Shown here piece after piece: positions 59,501 through 60,356 of a stretch of 60,356 bases of DNA. This DNA is from Calothrix sp. OTE_75_metabat_31. Lineage in GTDB: Bacteria > Cyanobacteriota > Cyanobacteriia > Cyanobacteriales > Nostocaceae. The stretch spans positions 1-60,356 of the forward strand of contig JANNFJ010000380.1 of the NCBI GenBank assembly GCA_031379725.1. The letters run 5' to 3'. Under the pieces are notes generated by a model, which saw only the letters and a list, made by a program, of their open reading frames with translations, searched no databases and was not told the DNA's origin. Numbering within the stretch: the stretch's first letter is position 1; the number at the start of each line of letters is the position of its first letter. The position numbers and the translations under genes were made by a program.

Positions 59501-60356
59501 CAGACGCTAATTTTGATGGAACTAATGGCTTGGCACCTTGGGAAGGTATTGGCACAGGTTGGTTCTACTCCGCCCTTGGTGGCGGGCTTGAGCAACGTCC
59601 GTATTTAGATAGTAAGAAAGCCAAAAATGCGCTAGGAAATTTTGATGACTATATAGATGACAAGCGGAAAAAAGTAACGTTTGATAACACTATTACAAGT
59701 ACTACTGACTCGCGTATTAGCACAAGGATGCATGGGGATTACGCGGTGCCGACGCTGTTTAATGGAGACTTTGATGCTGTTACTTTTAGCGATGGCGCAA
59801 GGCAATCTATCCCTGGTTGGTCGTTGTATGGTAGTAACGGTGGGACTAATCAAATTACATCGCAAGCGGCTTTGAAAAAATGGACAAAAATAACTGGTTT
59901 AAAAAATCTGGCTAATTATCCAGATAATTATGCTTTGGAATTAAGTTCCGGTCAAAGTATTGTTCATAATAGATTTGTTGTTCCTGATTGGGGAAGTTTG
60001 AGATTTGACTTACACACAGGAGACGTTGATAAAGGTACTTCCCGTGGTCAATTGAAGGTTTACTTAGATGAGGTAGGTACTGCACCAAGTACGACTTCGT
60101 TACAAATCATCAATCTGCAAGAAGCAGAGGGTATATCTGGTGACTATGCGGCTGACCGTTGGCGAATTGGCTATGGGGAGCAAGGGTTTGAGACGTTTAC
60201 CATTGATGTGCCGGATGCTTTGCGTGGGAAGGTGATGACGCTTAGGTTTGAACTTGATGGGGGTGGAACGGTTTACCTAGATGATGTGTTCTTTAAAAGT
60301 CAGCATTTGTTGTTCGGGAATCCGACTGAGGCGAGAAATCCTAGTGATGCAAAGTC
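32524..60356 (+). CDS. Giant multidomain surface/secreted adhesin-like protein, 3' end outside window (at least 9,277 codons)
   Basis: In-frame stop TAA at 32509-32511, and GAGG 5 nt before ATG 32524. I read the whole frame (position mod 3 = 1) codon by codon from 38461 to 60356, and from 32524 to about 33660, without a stop. The ORF track shows no closed + ORF in this frame anywhere in 32.5-60.4 kb. All listed + ORFs there are in the mod-3 = 2 frame and the rest are antisense. That pattern is expected if one ORF never closes inside the window. Confidence 0.9.
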   Translation, partial: MATNNEFGLPNDNLFNTESSNNSGFSDPLAPQNKDLLGTNQTSSPIGSPSTDIPDTYTSGSDSNIIVPKPADNSLLGEKPIDTTANTDALTGTVEDAALVTADANDPLFNGGGLNFVDALMFTSTPYVNDSSDNQAAMQFRSAALAGEQNIISPENTLFQSDLTLNSELYPEHFNTYKQDYQLTGFTPGELVSIDLSSTEFNTYIEVINADTQKSIDSDSSSGAGNDARITFKIQPDINYIVRVTSDKEGETGQYTLKAIKIPTIAVNDEKISGELTADDFAHPDRSNSLIKEYYIDGTQVGSTLEINLYSAAFRTYLEIFDASNENLVTYDRDYSSDSFSRAIFTPQPGKNYIARVSSEGYNGSQTGAYTLDIKPLQTITADGVDFDGELKTSDANFPFVENGNIINYADDYQLVSLPLGKVLEINLTSSDFDTYLEVLDGTENYLYSYSYDYNSGEGTNSRLIFAPQPDRNYILRVSNYNSDKVGAYKLNVKSLTEISAQQSEKRGELKVSDANHPSNEKYFVNDYQLEQVTSNKLVEIRLDSVDFGTSVEVYDARNQYVVASKYHTDGSPNNSLLVFKPQSGIEYVVRISNRTSDYTSNGTGSYTLDVKSLPELEVASNEIREELTSSDTSNPARTGSLRDDYQLTKFTSKYPISLVLSSDTFDTYLQLVNALTQEIIASNDNSGTGNNSQLSFIPDGYTNYIVRVTSANPNATGNYTLKAVATSASSLEIGDTKTDTLSDGDIINFTNSNRLVDDYKLAATVAGQAIRLMLSSDKFDTDLQLLESDTQNIVLQHRKSSNGSGSMLTFIPIIGKNYIVRVASVDAVGRGDYQLKAETVDIPVIENFATPIPGSFDNGDIINLNDGKRRFDEYRLQPLTPGQSLRLKLAVADSLSSYVQIINANTQTVVVTSKTAYSSNNIQLGFLPEAGINYIVRVVNSNLTEGNYTLEAEVLAAKYISANKNEVIVGALSEGDINNPTLTRRFADDYQLTDFTVGKEVQLVLKSPDFDSYLQLVNADTNKPILQDDDYGFNSSQQSFIKFIPQTGINYIVRVTSYSSNTTGNYLVSAQAIKTLPFTGESASGNLSSSDVQHSGLSGRYSDDYKLDTELLVGKPVIFTLASNDFNPQFQLINADTQQTIVSNSETSVNNTTQLKFVPQGGINYAVRVTSRDINEQGNYTLKAEPYALPEIAALNGEKNDNLQAGDTKNSEYSGSFADDYKLNITGINPGTVIELQLESSSFTPKLQLINASNNEVINTNYLSGVGDNSRLVFTPQTGVNYIVRVTDYSGGGKGEYKLKANPLNTIVVNEPIAKTGNLNSTASPNYPGYSSEYFINEYQIQGFKAGELIDIKLSSNDFNASLELFDASKLNDPIISDDNSGGNSNARLIFSPEANKSYLVRVRTPGPYESGEYNLSATSLATISARKGNKNAELNATEDLNYPNTDSKMDEYQLTDLTIGEDVYVSVKSDDFDTYLEIYEIENHNLKYLAGNDNSGGGTNSQIIFTPESGKKYLARVSNYSDSTRFGNYTLQSSLPITSPQTRSRIDGALSDSDVNNPNRSSRKSDNYQLANFTVGQPISIILSSLDFDAYLQLINGDTGRIIDFNDNYNSTNNSRLTFTPTEGTNYVVRVTTSEVEQLGNYTLHTREVLSALGDKIDGKISETDAKHPNYGYYIDEYELSDLTIGQFFALELKAENFNPYLELINRDTDEIITVYGSGSSRIVFTPSNGINYAIRVTDVYKTGDYTLTSTKLPTLSAITGTVNVSDTRLSDTDAKYPGTDYLIDEYQLTGLTTGETVYAGVTSPDFNTYLEIVDASNGSYLIDDYDSGDGTNSRFYFTPELGKKYLVRVGNYGTNGTGAYTLSTRKQRTEISLSDTSFKQIDGSITSEDELDAANSYYSDEYLLTSLPTNKRIVLDISSEEFYTLIELLDANTGKTISNSFTRDSSRNSKLIFTPQQGVNYAVRVRGDNGGTGNYTLNVNELAQVVPNSPYGSIILADQPVGYWSLDETTGEIATDYSGYGNNASYHNGVTLGTTGISLQAATFDGENDTLDIPINSPETNYTYELWFKTREATTGISIVRDQDADYQHDRVLYLKDGNIYHGLWSTEIINSTGKNYADDEWHYVTVVVESSVGQKVYVDGELVASGNKGESNFTNDTRIVAGETLASEYYWGIRSYFKGALDEIALYNYVLPESRIDARYEAFLSQQTDKLPDLAITPVTYPSSPVTWGQTIPVSWIVQNIGNVPTTATWTDKVYFSTDKNLSIDDQIAGTFLPNLSNPLAAKVGQYTLGGNIVIPNTLDPNKNWYLLFVTDADYKQLETNSNNNVQSVALNVNIPNLRYFNNFESPVGDEWTNQTVDKTYKNVFSSFLGRFSGDGTTLTLNTTPGNTYRLEFDFYAIDSWDGGNITPVGPDYLDISVDDTRIFRESFSNVLDYPQSYNRQSDAGGISNDLGFNTSFGDSIYRRIPINFTATGNTTQIRFADYGLQGIDDESWGIDNVRVFFTGVNAKLPNLKVTDLEVDSTAKFGQTVDISWYTSNIGTDSVDGIWSERVWLSKDSDSIFEPQKGDYELRLITPTTSEQIAANSKSTQRKLQLELPLDNKFQPGNYYIIVETDAGKTVREFKEDDNVLPSSSITIAFPPLPDLTVSKVNISQNGIPGESIDVSWQLSNIGDVTLNGTWNEDIYLIPVQNFSADGSFSFDSIQPIKTVNRTATIGAKQQLDSFRETIEIPGDIIEGEYRVVVITDTGFPNDKIVEYDNATNNMSISTQTVRVGRVDLVPEITTLPTNGTSGETIKLNWKVTLTGAVGVSRELVDRIYLLDTDTPSSYDLRADNAVAEVRKTRTLSANGSYTEEIDIPLPIELSGRKYVFVVTDADNQLKEASSTEDAENNNTIGRSVQINLGEYADLAVSNITATPQLTLRDQLSGPATLQVNWTVTNIGTGAGKETQWYDRVIASSDNIAGNEDDIVLGTFLRSSNLAKDSSYNKSETIQLPSNFTGKYQLFVTTDAPVRNQNNEIIYSVFENGLEANNTASAPSPFAVALKPYADLIVTKVNFEGNATTAQTGRLLKLNWEVKNQGIAVTDSASWSDTVQLARMNPDGTLSIVTTLDYFDRTGVLGNTEGNNTYTRSRDVFIPYNTESGTYYLVVTTGGSNNPYEFIYYNDGNSKVSPAIQITKGTTPDLYVSRVSTVEKAVAGSKIDVTWQVFNSNAPNTGDAGGEWTDNLYLRNLSNPAEIISLGSFNQTNGLQPGRFYTRTEQVDINPYLQGTYEVVVETNSVLDRYGNRGVFEEANATDNNSLKSTSNITISLPTRPDLRVNSITVPATTVVAGGTATASFEIINLSPIEARGKWVDNVYLSLDGSIDSSDILIGSFTNDSAISGQGKYSHNITNFEIPKYFRGKAHIIVQTDASNAIDEYPQDDNNILVREFNVQSLLPADLVTSNVIAPNQAFAGSTIKVKYKVTNSGSGETDRESWTDSVWLTRTNTNRPSAANQDGGLQDIKLGDFTRNGGLQTKNDFNGTNYYENEVEVTLPGELQGGGWYITVWSDANGDVYEDSFSNNTNQNDVNNLDSNNYSSRAIEVLLPAAPDLQVTQVTQITPAANATTGKPFKVTWTVENKGSADITSGTWYDEVYLTDAPTLEATQEKWLLGTVARSEQLGRYATYTGELETVLSPGAKGKYIVVTTNTSGYPQIWEGPYTNNNTKSTDTNVTSIPADFTVTNIKTFTPNYSGDPTTIEWTVTNNGAPVWTGTRYWYDEVWISKTADFTAEYNAGKATWLGLFAQNLPTAGLGTGQSYTQKQNIVLPAGFKDDYYIHVFTNESRLRDSNYFSGLPRGNNRYDNNQWRDFIYPITAYEDTSNNSKSQKIPVIYREADLAISNLQVETDKTGVNPKSGETIAVTWTVKNTGTRDTRESTWYDRVYLSVGKTDNTLDAKDIFLGEFKRNGILNKDDSYTQRQQFILPDGIFGDFKVLVFTDSNYAENKYGNDNLGFEGGIDRQLGRVPEFDKEVNNQAVADITIDLTIPPDLQVTALNLGQQTAISGQKLNLSYTVTNVSAGSTPTRQSIWTDLIYLSRDNKLDLIADRYLGNIQHDGGLAASQSYSVTNAEFNLPTDLTGSYYVFVVTDPQQSNPRGIVYEGSNEANNAKYSDNPLIIQLPNPVDLEVQTITTPGSSKVGEAVTVKWTVANNSTNSITGEWTDAVYLSEDNKWDISDRLLGRTTYNGTLTGSNATDGSNRYELSLDNILLPGVTPSNGLLPGGAYRIIVRNDIFNEVYEGVNGGETNNTKPGSSTFEIKAEELKLNIESTTTLSKGQDRLFALNLQAGQTIHVTTDGSDGSGNEIYIGFGTSPTSTNYISASRGRIGPDQSAIISNSLQGTYYVLIRGTDSTNAPVTLKAEALPFSVTNIDTDRGGDSRYVTTTISGAQFDANTTVKLVRPGIGEFIPANVKIIDSTQIAAVFDLSNAPHGLYDVVVRKTTAAGITEATLPYRYLVERAIETDVTVGLGGPHVLAPGDVGNFQVSVQSLTNIDTPYVHFSFGIPELGDNPLLELPYVKFTSNLRGQPDRNPNGKLSDVPWSEIVSDVNLNGQILAPGYVLDLPNAGFAGMNFNVQTYEGLKELLQREPLLLEDINPGEIAFKFNIVATATAMTRGEFVAEQTREALRLRTAILADKTATPALTNLAASSTTWTNAFLAALEEVGILRPDNQAPPIRENQQIISLIATLATGLLVGPAGKEINSTGNLVSFFSKVREWYGHDASKIGSPGIPNLQQFDKGLTQKTHSQSFNIYVPFKDARVDLPQGVDVPAPTFNSAFTTPSSASNLVSLTGPIGYGSNNIIPQGVDLPYTIRFENAATAPTAVGKVQLVSKLDDDLDERTFQLGGIRLGDIQINIPGGRSSFQGDFDYSATKGFILRVSAGVDLATKTASWLLEAIDPNTGEVMNNPNVGILLPNNANGAGAGMVSYAIAPKSDLITGTEITSQAKVLFNTAAPIDTNRTISRIDGAAPTTTITATSLDGGNTTANVSGNTNNALASNLTPTITGNTDYRVKWNATDDNSGSGVKHVTVYVAENGGDFKVWKSQTTDKEGIFSGKATSKYEFLVLATDNAGNKQAPPLGITAPNDGYSVNLGTIPTVGQTTQQILPPTAPTQLISTNQLFLQAKAENNTPAVLPTTRKPEFEQVLRPFTANAFATGIPKSNGNIGALALAILDDGTVLASGGANRGSIYRFNSLGGTATTPLITLPQPIYDMAVDRNGSIWATTGGGSLLQLNPQTGQIVKSYGESITQAIAINSTTGLIYVSSGNGIEIFNPVTETFTHYSDLRVDSLAFAPDGSLWGTSWPDRGIVARFDAKGRAQQMLSSSDPIDSLAFGATNSRLAGLAFVSTNKGDVLMVDLATMQHVKVATGKTGATWGENIEVTKDGRILISHSNQIDVLNPTLAPKVAATNPVKDAIIALPLNSINVTFDSDMFVGVTNDLASVLNPNNYQLIGSNGNINNAVSVSYDVARRSALLGFNSFDAGNYEFRVLQNIKSSAGVELEAAFSEKFTTVSNFSSLVDFSFGNARSDRANSTISYDVTITSKADQDLLLPVMLLLDPSTTFTGTPNGAVGRQNGAYLLDLKDSLPDGRLKPGQSTTTRTITVNNPDALRVEFTPGIYAMPYPNMAPVITSTALTTATVGQRYNYQVAANDPDGSVLGYLLYDAPTGMQVDNNGLISWTPVAGSANKSDVVLYTYDLRGGYTTQSFTINVLGANNKPVFNSPAVSGGTITTNSNTGSTTTTGGTTTTSPTSPLPTPFLIRGAEGKTLQIKVGATDADKDKLTYWADNLPGGSVFDPSTGILTWTPNYNQAGTYENIQFVANDGKERVTQTVNILVAPTNQAPTLVRPADKIVREGEFARIQLKATDADGTALTYFSNLLPGGATLDPTTGLFEWTPAYFQAGEFEIPFNVTDGETITTQTTKITVLNVNAAPVFEGLTSWEAQEGENVRFRAFAFDPDNPGFVPQERNGKGELTILEGSDASVTHTVSGLPAGAKFDVDTAMFTWTPGYTSAGIYNVTFTATDDGNGTGVSKVTSIVVPITIRNTNRAPLFDNVALAANGISTIKTITTFNPDGTPVVDKTAFTNVDVNRGEIKEITFKVTDLESDNLQLNLELERNAGEGIPSFIKPLRNNNDGTWTLRVEPGNEAFGNNYSFKLVATEVRTDGTTALSSDLTFNVNIIAPNSAPQIGYIGDKVAVVGESLEFLVNTADRDQDPLNYTVTGLPNGVSSTLTRTAIYGQSLFKWTPTAGNIGTYNISIKVVDSGNNGKGGVLDDTETFKINVRTSNNAPVLGTLGNRTIQEGETLSLQLAATDSDGDAIRYTARNLPTGAVVDARTGLLTWTPDYSQAGIYDSIEIIASDGNKSVTKSLALTVENTNQAPIFTPLAVQYGQENNRVTFKLVADDADRAGVEYTAVGTLPPGAILNTATGEFTWKPNYDQGGEYVLKFQAKDPQGAVALQDVVVRIANVNRAPSLTVSDRAVALGGKLEFKLNGSDQDKNTTLKYSAVNLPEGAILDVTTGQFSWQPSPGQVGNYSVTFNVSDGETITNATALVRVALASVPPTVTLDLTPSFPAVPGQKVVVQTTAAGVAAITSLTTTVAGQAVTLDTFGRFEFTPTAPGRVVVEAIATDADGYIGRTSTVVKVRDINDNSAPVVSFAAGFDGSKVGNTTNITGTIADTNLDEWVLEIAEFGSDKFTTIARGNQSQNGVLSQFDPGRYENGFYQVRLKATDISGRTSTKESVIEVSGKTKPGAYVRKETDLTTTIGGVTLNLVRSYNSLNAGETGTFGSGWSLANIDTNIQTNIQPTGREELGVYNPLRTGTRLYLTAPNGERVGFTFAPTKVTIPGATYYTPAWVADSGVSYTLESVDSKLIQSGSSFYDMKTGFAYNPASGRFDGYEYKLTASDGNVYYLSSKKGVVEQVATNGTKLVYSDSGITSSTGETIRFVKDFLGRFTQVTAPDGSLVRYSYEGSNLVAARNLSKGNASRYGYTDSLLTLASGNPGTPGSAISYGTTPQISSIKGDLGGAVQWNGQANSGVGNERYTFSLRDGEIESTATGIVLVGVDVTGGGVPSAGLTPVASNGNYALYAIDKAGLNQIEVAGNGAYNLQLTVAGDINRDGNVDGVDSGLLGNAIALGSYNQNYDFNRDGKLNEKDVQILGSNYGFRANRAPVVKPTNVLTHTDLETFVEIDTLATDPEGDPVFFRLLNPVNGAVIFNPNGAVARFMPNAGYNGEASFEVVADDGFSSSTPSKVTVNVSNAALQSIDFITRGMHLNTGDTADLILVGNFADQENVLLPYSYLQFAVENANPTSPLVASISNNGEVTGLNDGVAYLKASRNSINAVTALRVGEIPAPTNQDEFNVVIAEEQGLQLYPEAVTMTPGMTRRLLVGVDENFTPNLSAATNGTRYFVSNSDILEIDADGKITARSNGIASVTVIYGAAEYVVPVHVKNPIAGAREIGLDGGVVQGSDGSQVLVGPNTFFGGTPVSIQEIQKSTFSLPIPESEDLQFVKAFRLELGDIPLNVPVQLAIPAPANLAEGTEVIFLREGIAPTESGDWEASWELEEIGIVGADGMIRTQSPPLPGILRTGNRVALASPNPKYTFTKVRFELPPATLGALANLVLTTSVISTVATSVINGASMSLARSGAGALSSLNPASLNSFKEQAQQKLINTLASVQKFVKLKSGSAGAKALQEGVSPELLKQWAAMNQTAKNIKLLKAAAQQPVGILAGVAAAFGGSANASDGSRLSTSASRPDFASGLAGFGLVSGIAGFIAGGAGASVASTATTLATNLTALAAVNALMARNVKTMTLRIFQVPSVGLPEVTKAGAEINSSGIYEIKNVIREPKLSFDVEALTPPIIESAEFEFVSEGETKEPVVFLTGSNFLNGTDDLGGRLKDLVVDFTSGGRTYSAPVWVEKSQALAYNRFKIAVKPPEMFPLSEASISLRRPQKLRVGDDPSKFETIQLESQRQITLSQPEVEYALVARRWSDKIDVIDLANPKMIVGNTPEGSANFLSASIPIGTRTEITGSQRPREVAATKDAGRAYAILDRGGVALLDLIAFRQVDTDSVAEGVNTIELPPGAVPQSIVIEPHSNYAYIADGVKDVIYVLDINPGSANYHKVQTIKVDAPNGLRKLAISSDGRKLYGTAPNNPQGKIVVVNIDPNDKPSNPATNTRKWHTQIGAISTATRSIEGIEATSDPKRMVFTHRYSEPYGFGSLTVSNDDPLNFTAIADKPTNLKLKFGEFEVNEARNVVITRDQRFAFVIGYNGYQINRGFDLIGENPYSPATIGKYYGTSIGIIQDPLENPELIAATRPIPMGLGVDLSLTSDDRYLTATLPGVDAYFVFDVEEIERTINLLATDNQNDFFVDRKRKSGEIYQGKFPSNELIGFQQLERANLGDLFNIPIDDINPLIDIAARFEVTRLIEERKNVYSIEKTVKDIDYGVPNDATIKKNAPIGRGGNPRSVDSAARRDWIEGFKVDAKPKLDTIISDLTPTFEWSFDTSIIESFDKIREIKLYVSTFDAYEGLAPNDGWKPTKDTTPVWSNTGILSRSDYNPNRILSATWLKDKNGWFWNDESGKPTNQPIKNSEDFETSYLRFTLPNSRKLTAGQQYYWAIEAYTDNGLFDDDTGAFKTQLPDPLMGTSDSFRSVTILTHDVNELNRDIYETGYSISGEILGSGFQGAVLKYDALTGYWFPVKKDGITALSDNLNPKVNKTNLLEQLQSFLGGYAGKPLVLVADWSLSDGANSGFAEGAADAMFASLVQLDQRLGGTVGGYDTSGKLNRTQGKIFNSPLHFIGFGRGAVVNTEIVQRLGTFYPYAGGTVTVGGKPDPKRDLQVTTVNPYQYDPNSSVRPSNIADPTVTTWENVTYADNYFYSRGGSPRFQALTTADWNVPLNSIEEGSTKQSASSWYTGTVDLSDSKDVFRRLGDLDAAGRTPSAKWYTPDHTDANFDGTNGLAPWEGIGTGWFYSALGGGLEQRPYLDSKKAKNALGNFDDYIDDKRKKVTFDNTITSTTDSRISTRMHGDYAVPTLFNGDFDAVTFSDGARQSIPGWSLYGSNGGTNQITSQAALKKWTKITGLKNLANYPDNYALELSSGQSIVHNRFVVPDWGSLRFDLHTGDVDKGTSRGQLKVYLDEVGTAPSTTSLQIINLQEAEGISGDYAADRWRIGYGEQGFETFTIDVPDALRGKVMTLRFELDGGGTVYLDDVFFKSQHLLFGNPTEARNPSDAK
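32980..38466 (+). repeat. 16 tandem pre-peptidase C-terminal (PPC)-type domains, period about 343 bp (in-frame, inside the giant ORF)
   Basis: Each unit follows the pattern D(D/E)YQLT..G..V.I.L.S..FDTYL(Q/E)(L/V)(I/V)NA.T......D.NSG.G.NS.L.F.P..G.NY.VRVTS.....TGNYTL. The unit ends GxY(T/K)L fall near 33290, 33640, 34000, 34350, 34690, 35030, 35380, 35730, 36070, 36420, 36770, 37120, 37460, 37780, 38120 and 38460. Confidence 0.75.
38500..39150 (+). other. LamG / concanavalin-A-like lectin domain of the giant protein
   Basis: LADQPVGYWSLDETTGEIATDYSGYGNNASY...ATFDGENDTLDI...YTYELWFK...WHYVTVVV...VYVDGELVASG...FKGALDEIALYNYVL is the typical Laminin_G_3 pattern. Confidence 0.65.
39166..45420 (+). 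repeat. About 14 CARDB-like domains, interrupted at about 39541-40062 by an unrelated jelly-roll-like insert
   Basis: Units start with (P/A)DL.(V/I) linkers near 39170, 40066, 40450, 40860, 41240, 41670, 42070, 42470, 42840, 43300, 43680, 44155, 44620 and 45010. They contain W.V.N.G ... W.D.VYLS.D ... Y(Y/L).(V/F)V.TD ... E..E.NN. Confidence 0.65.
48150..48845 (+). other. Beta-propeller (NHL/SMP-30-like) region of the giant protein
   Basis: Repeated about 40-aa blades: IYDMAVDRNGSIWATT, ITQAIAINSTTGLIYVSS, VDSLAFAPDGSLWGTS, IDSLAFGATNSRLAGLAFVS and NIEVTKDGRILIS. Confidence 0.5.
49520..52310 (+). repeat. About 8 cadherin-like 'putative Ig' (He_PIG/dystroglycan-type) domains
   Basis: Recurrent pattern A.D.D.D.L.Y....LP.GA..D..TG...W(T/K/Q)P...Q.G.Y......DG, followed by N.AP linkers. 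The W(T/K/Q)P motifs fall near 49680, 50050, 50330, 50660, 51380, 51670, 51945 and 52215. Confidence 0.6.
52900..53640 (+). other. Rhs/YD-repeat-like segment of the giant protein
   Basis: LNLVRSYNSLNAGETGTFGSGWSL is the typical entry motif of Rhs/YD regions. It is followed by YD-type repeats: GNVYYLSSKKG, GETIRFVKDFLGRFTQVTAPDGSLVRYSYEGSNLV and ASRYGYT. Confidence 0.5.
53985..54140 (+). other. Dockerin-type duplicated Ca-binding loop module
   Basis: GDINRDGNVDGVDSGLL ... YDFNRDGKLNEKDVQILGSNYG gives two D-x-N-x-D-G-x-(V/L)-(D/N) loops. Confidence 0.55.
56590..57700 (+). other. Second beta-propeller region (YVTN/LVIVD-like repeats)
   Basis: PQSIVIEPHSNYAYIADGVKDVIYVLDI, LRKLAISSDGRKLYGTA...KIVVVNI, ARNVVITRDQRFAFVIG and GVDLSLTSDDRYLTATLPGVDAYFVFDV. 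Confidence 0.5.
58600..59130 (+). other. Alpha/beta-hydrolase (lipase)-like domain lacking the nucleophile Ser
   Basis: KPLVLVADWS...AADAMFASLVQLDQ...SPLHFIGFGRGAVVNTEIVQRLG aligns by eye with the lipase pattern HLIGHSLGA. The G-x-S-x-G elbow reads G-F-G-R-G. Confidence 0.4.

Noticed and set aside
32643-59875. About 50 listed ORFs of 60-197 aa on the minus strand and in the + mod-3 = 2 frame (for example 52225..52818, 53566..54117, 55116..55667, 54186..54668).
   Set aside because: All lie inside the giant frame-1 ORF. Their translations are low-complexity (Ser/Thr/Ile/Val-rich, with many rare-looking runs) and have no motifs. They are shadow ORFs of a long coding region with biased codon usage.
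1-60356. Looked for rRNA, tRNA, tmRNA, CRISPR arrays, IS transposases, reverse transcriptases (retron/DGR/group II intron) and T4SS genes.
   Set aside because: I recognised none. There are no cloverleaf-like segments, no short regularly spaced identical repeats, no DDE or RT motifs (YxDD), and no VirB4/VirD4-type proteins. Small RNAs could easily be missed without covariance-model searches.

Overview
The window looks like part of a large cyanobacterial plasmid or mobilisable element. The HIP1 palindrome GCGATCGC recurs at least a dozen times by eye. Backbone genes are a parA-like ATPase, a ParB-domain protein, an intact tyrosine recombinase plus a decayed one, a CyRepA-like Toprim/helicase replication protein preceded by 22-bp iterons, a MobV relaxase fused to a primase-like Toprim module, and a DUF433/DUF5615 toxin-antitoxin pair. 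Four things stand out. (1) A two-gene short-Argonaute + TIR-APAZ module of SPARTA type sits at 1541-4811 on the minus strand, flanked by AT-rich DNA and a recombinase remnant. (2) A five-gene minus-strand operon of unknown function (12504-16496) ends in a membrane-anchored P-loop NTPase. (3) A 1.5-kb ORF-free, repeat-rich stretch (about 27990-29560) is followed by an AIPR-like gene. (4) One uninterrupted ORF runs from ATG 32524 to the window end at 60356. That is at least 27,833 nt or 9,277 codons with no stop. It is missing from the supplied ORF track because it never closes. It encodes a giant modular surface or secreted protein: 16 tandem PPC domains, LamG, about 14 CARDB-like domains, beta-propellers, about 8 cadherin-like domains, YD repeats, a dockerin-like module, Big_2 domains, a glycine-zipper segment and a lipase-like domain without the nucleophile Ser. 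I saw no rRNA, tRNA, CRISPR array or recognisable IS transposase. All family assignments come from motif recognition by eye, not from database searches.
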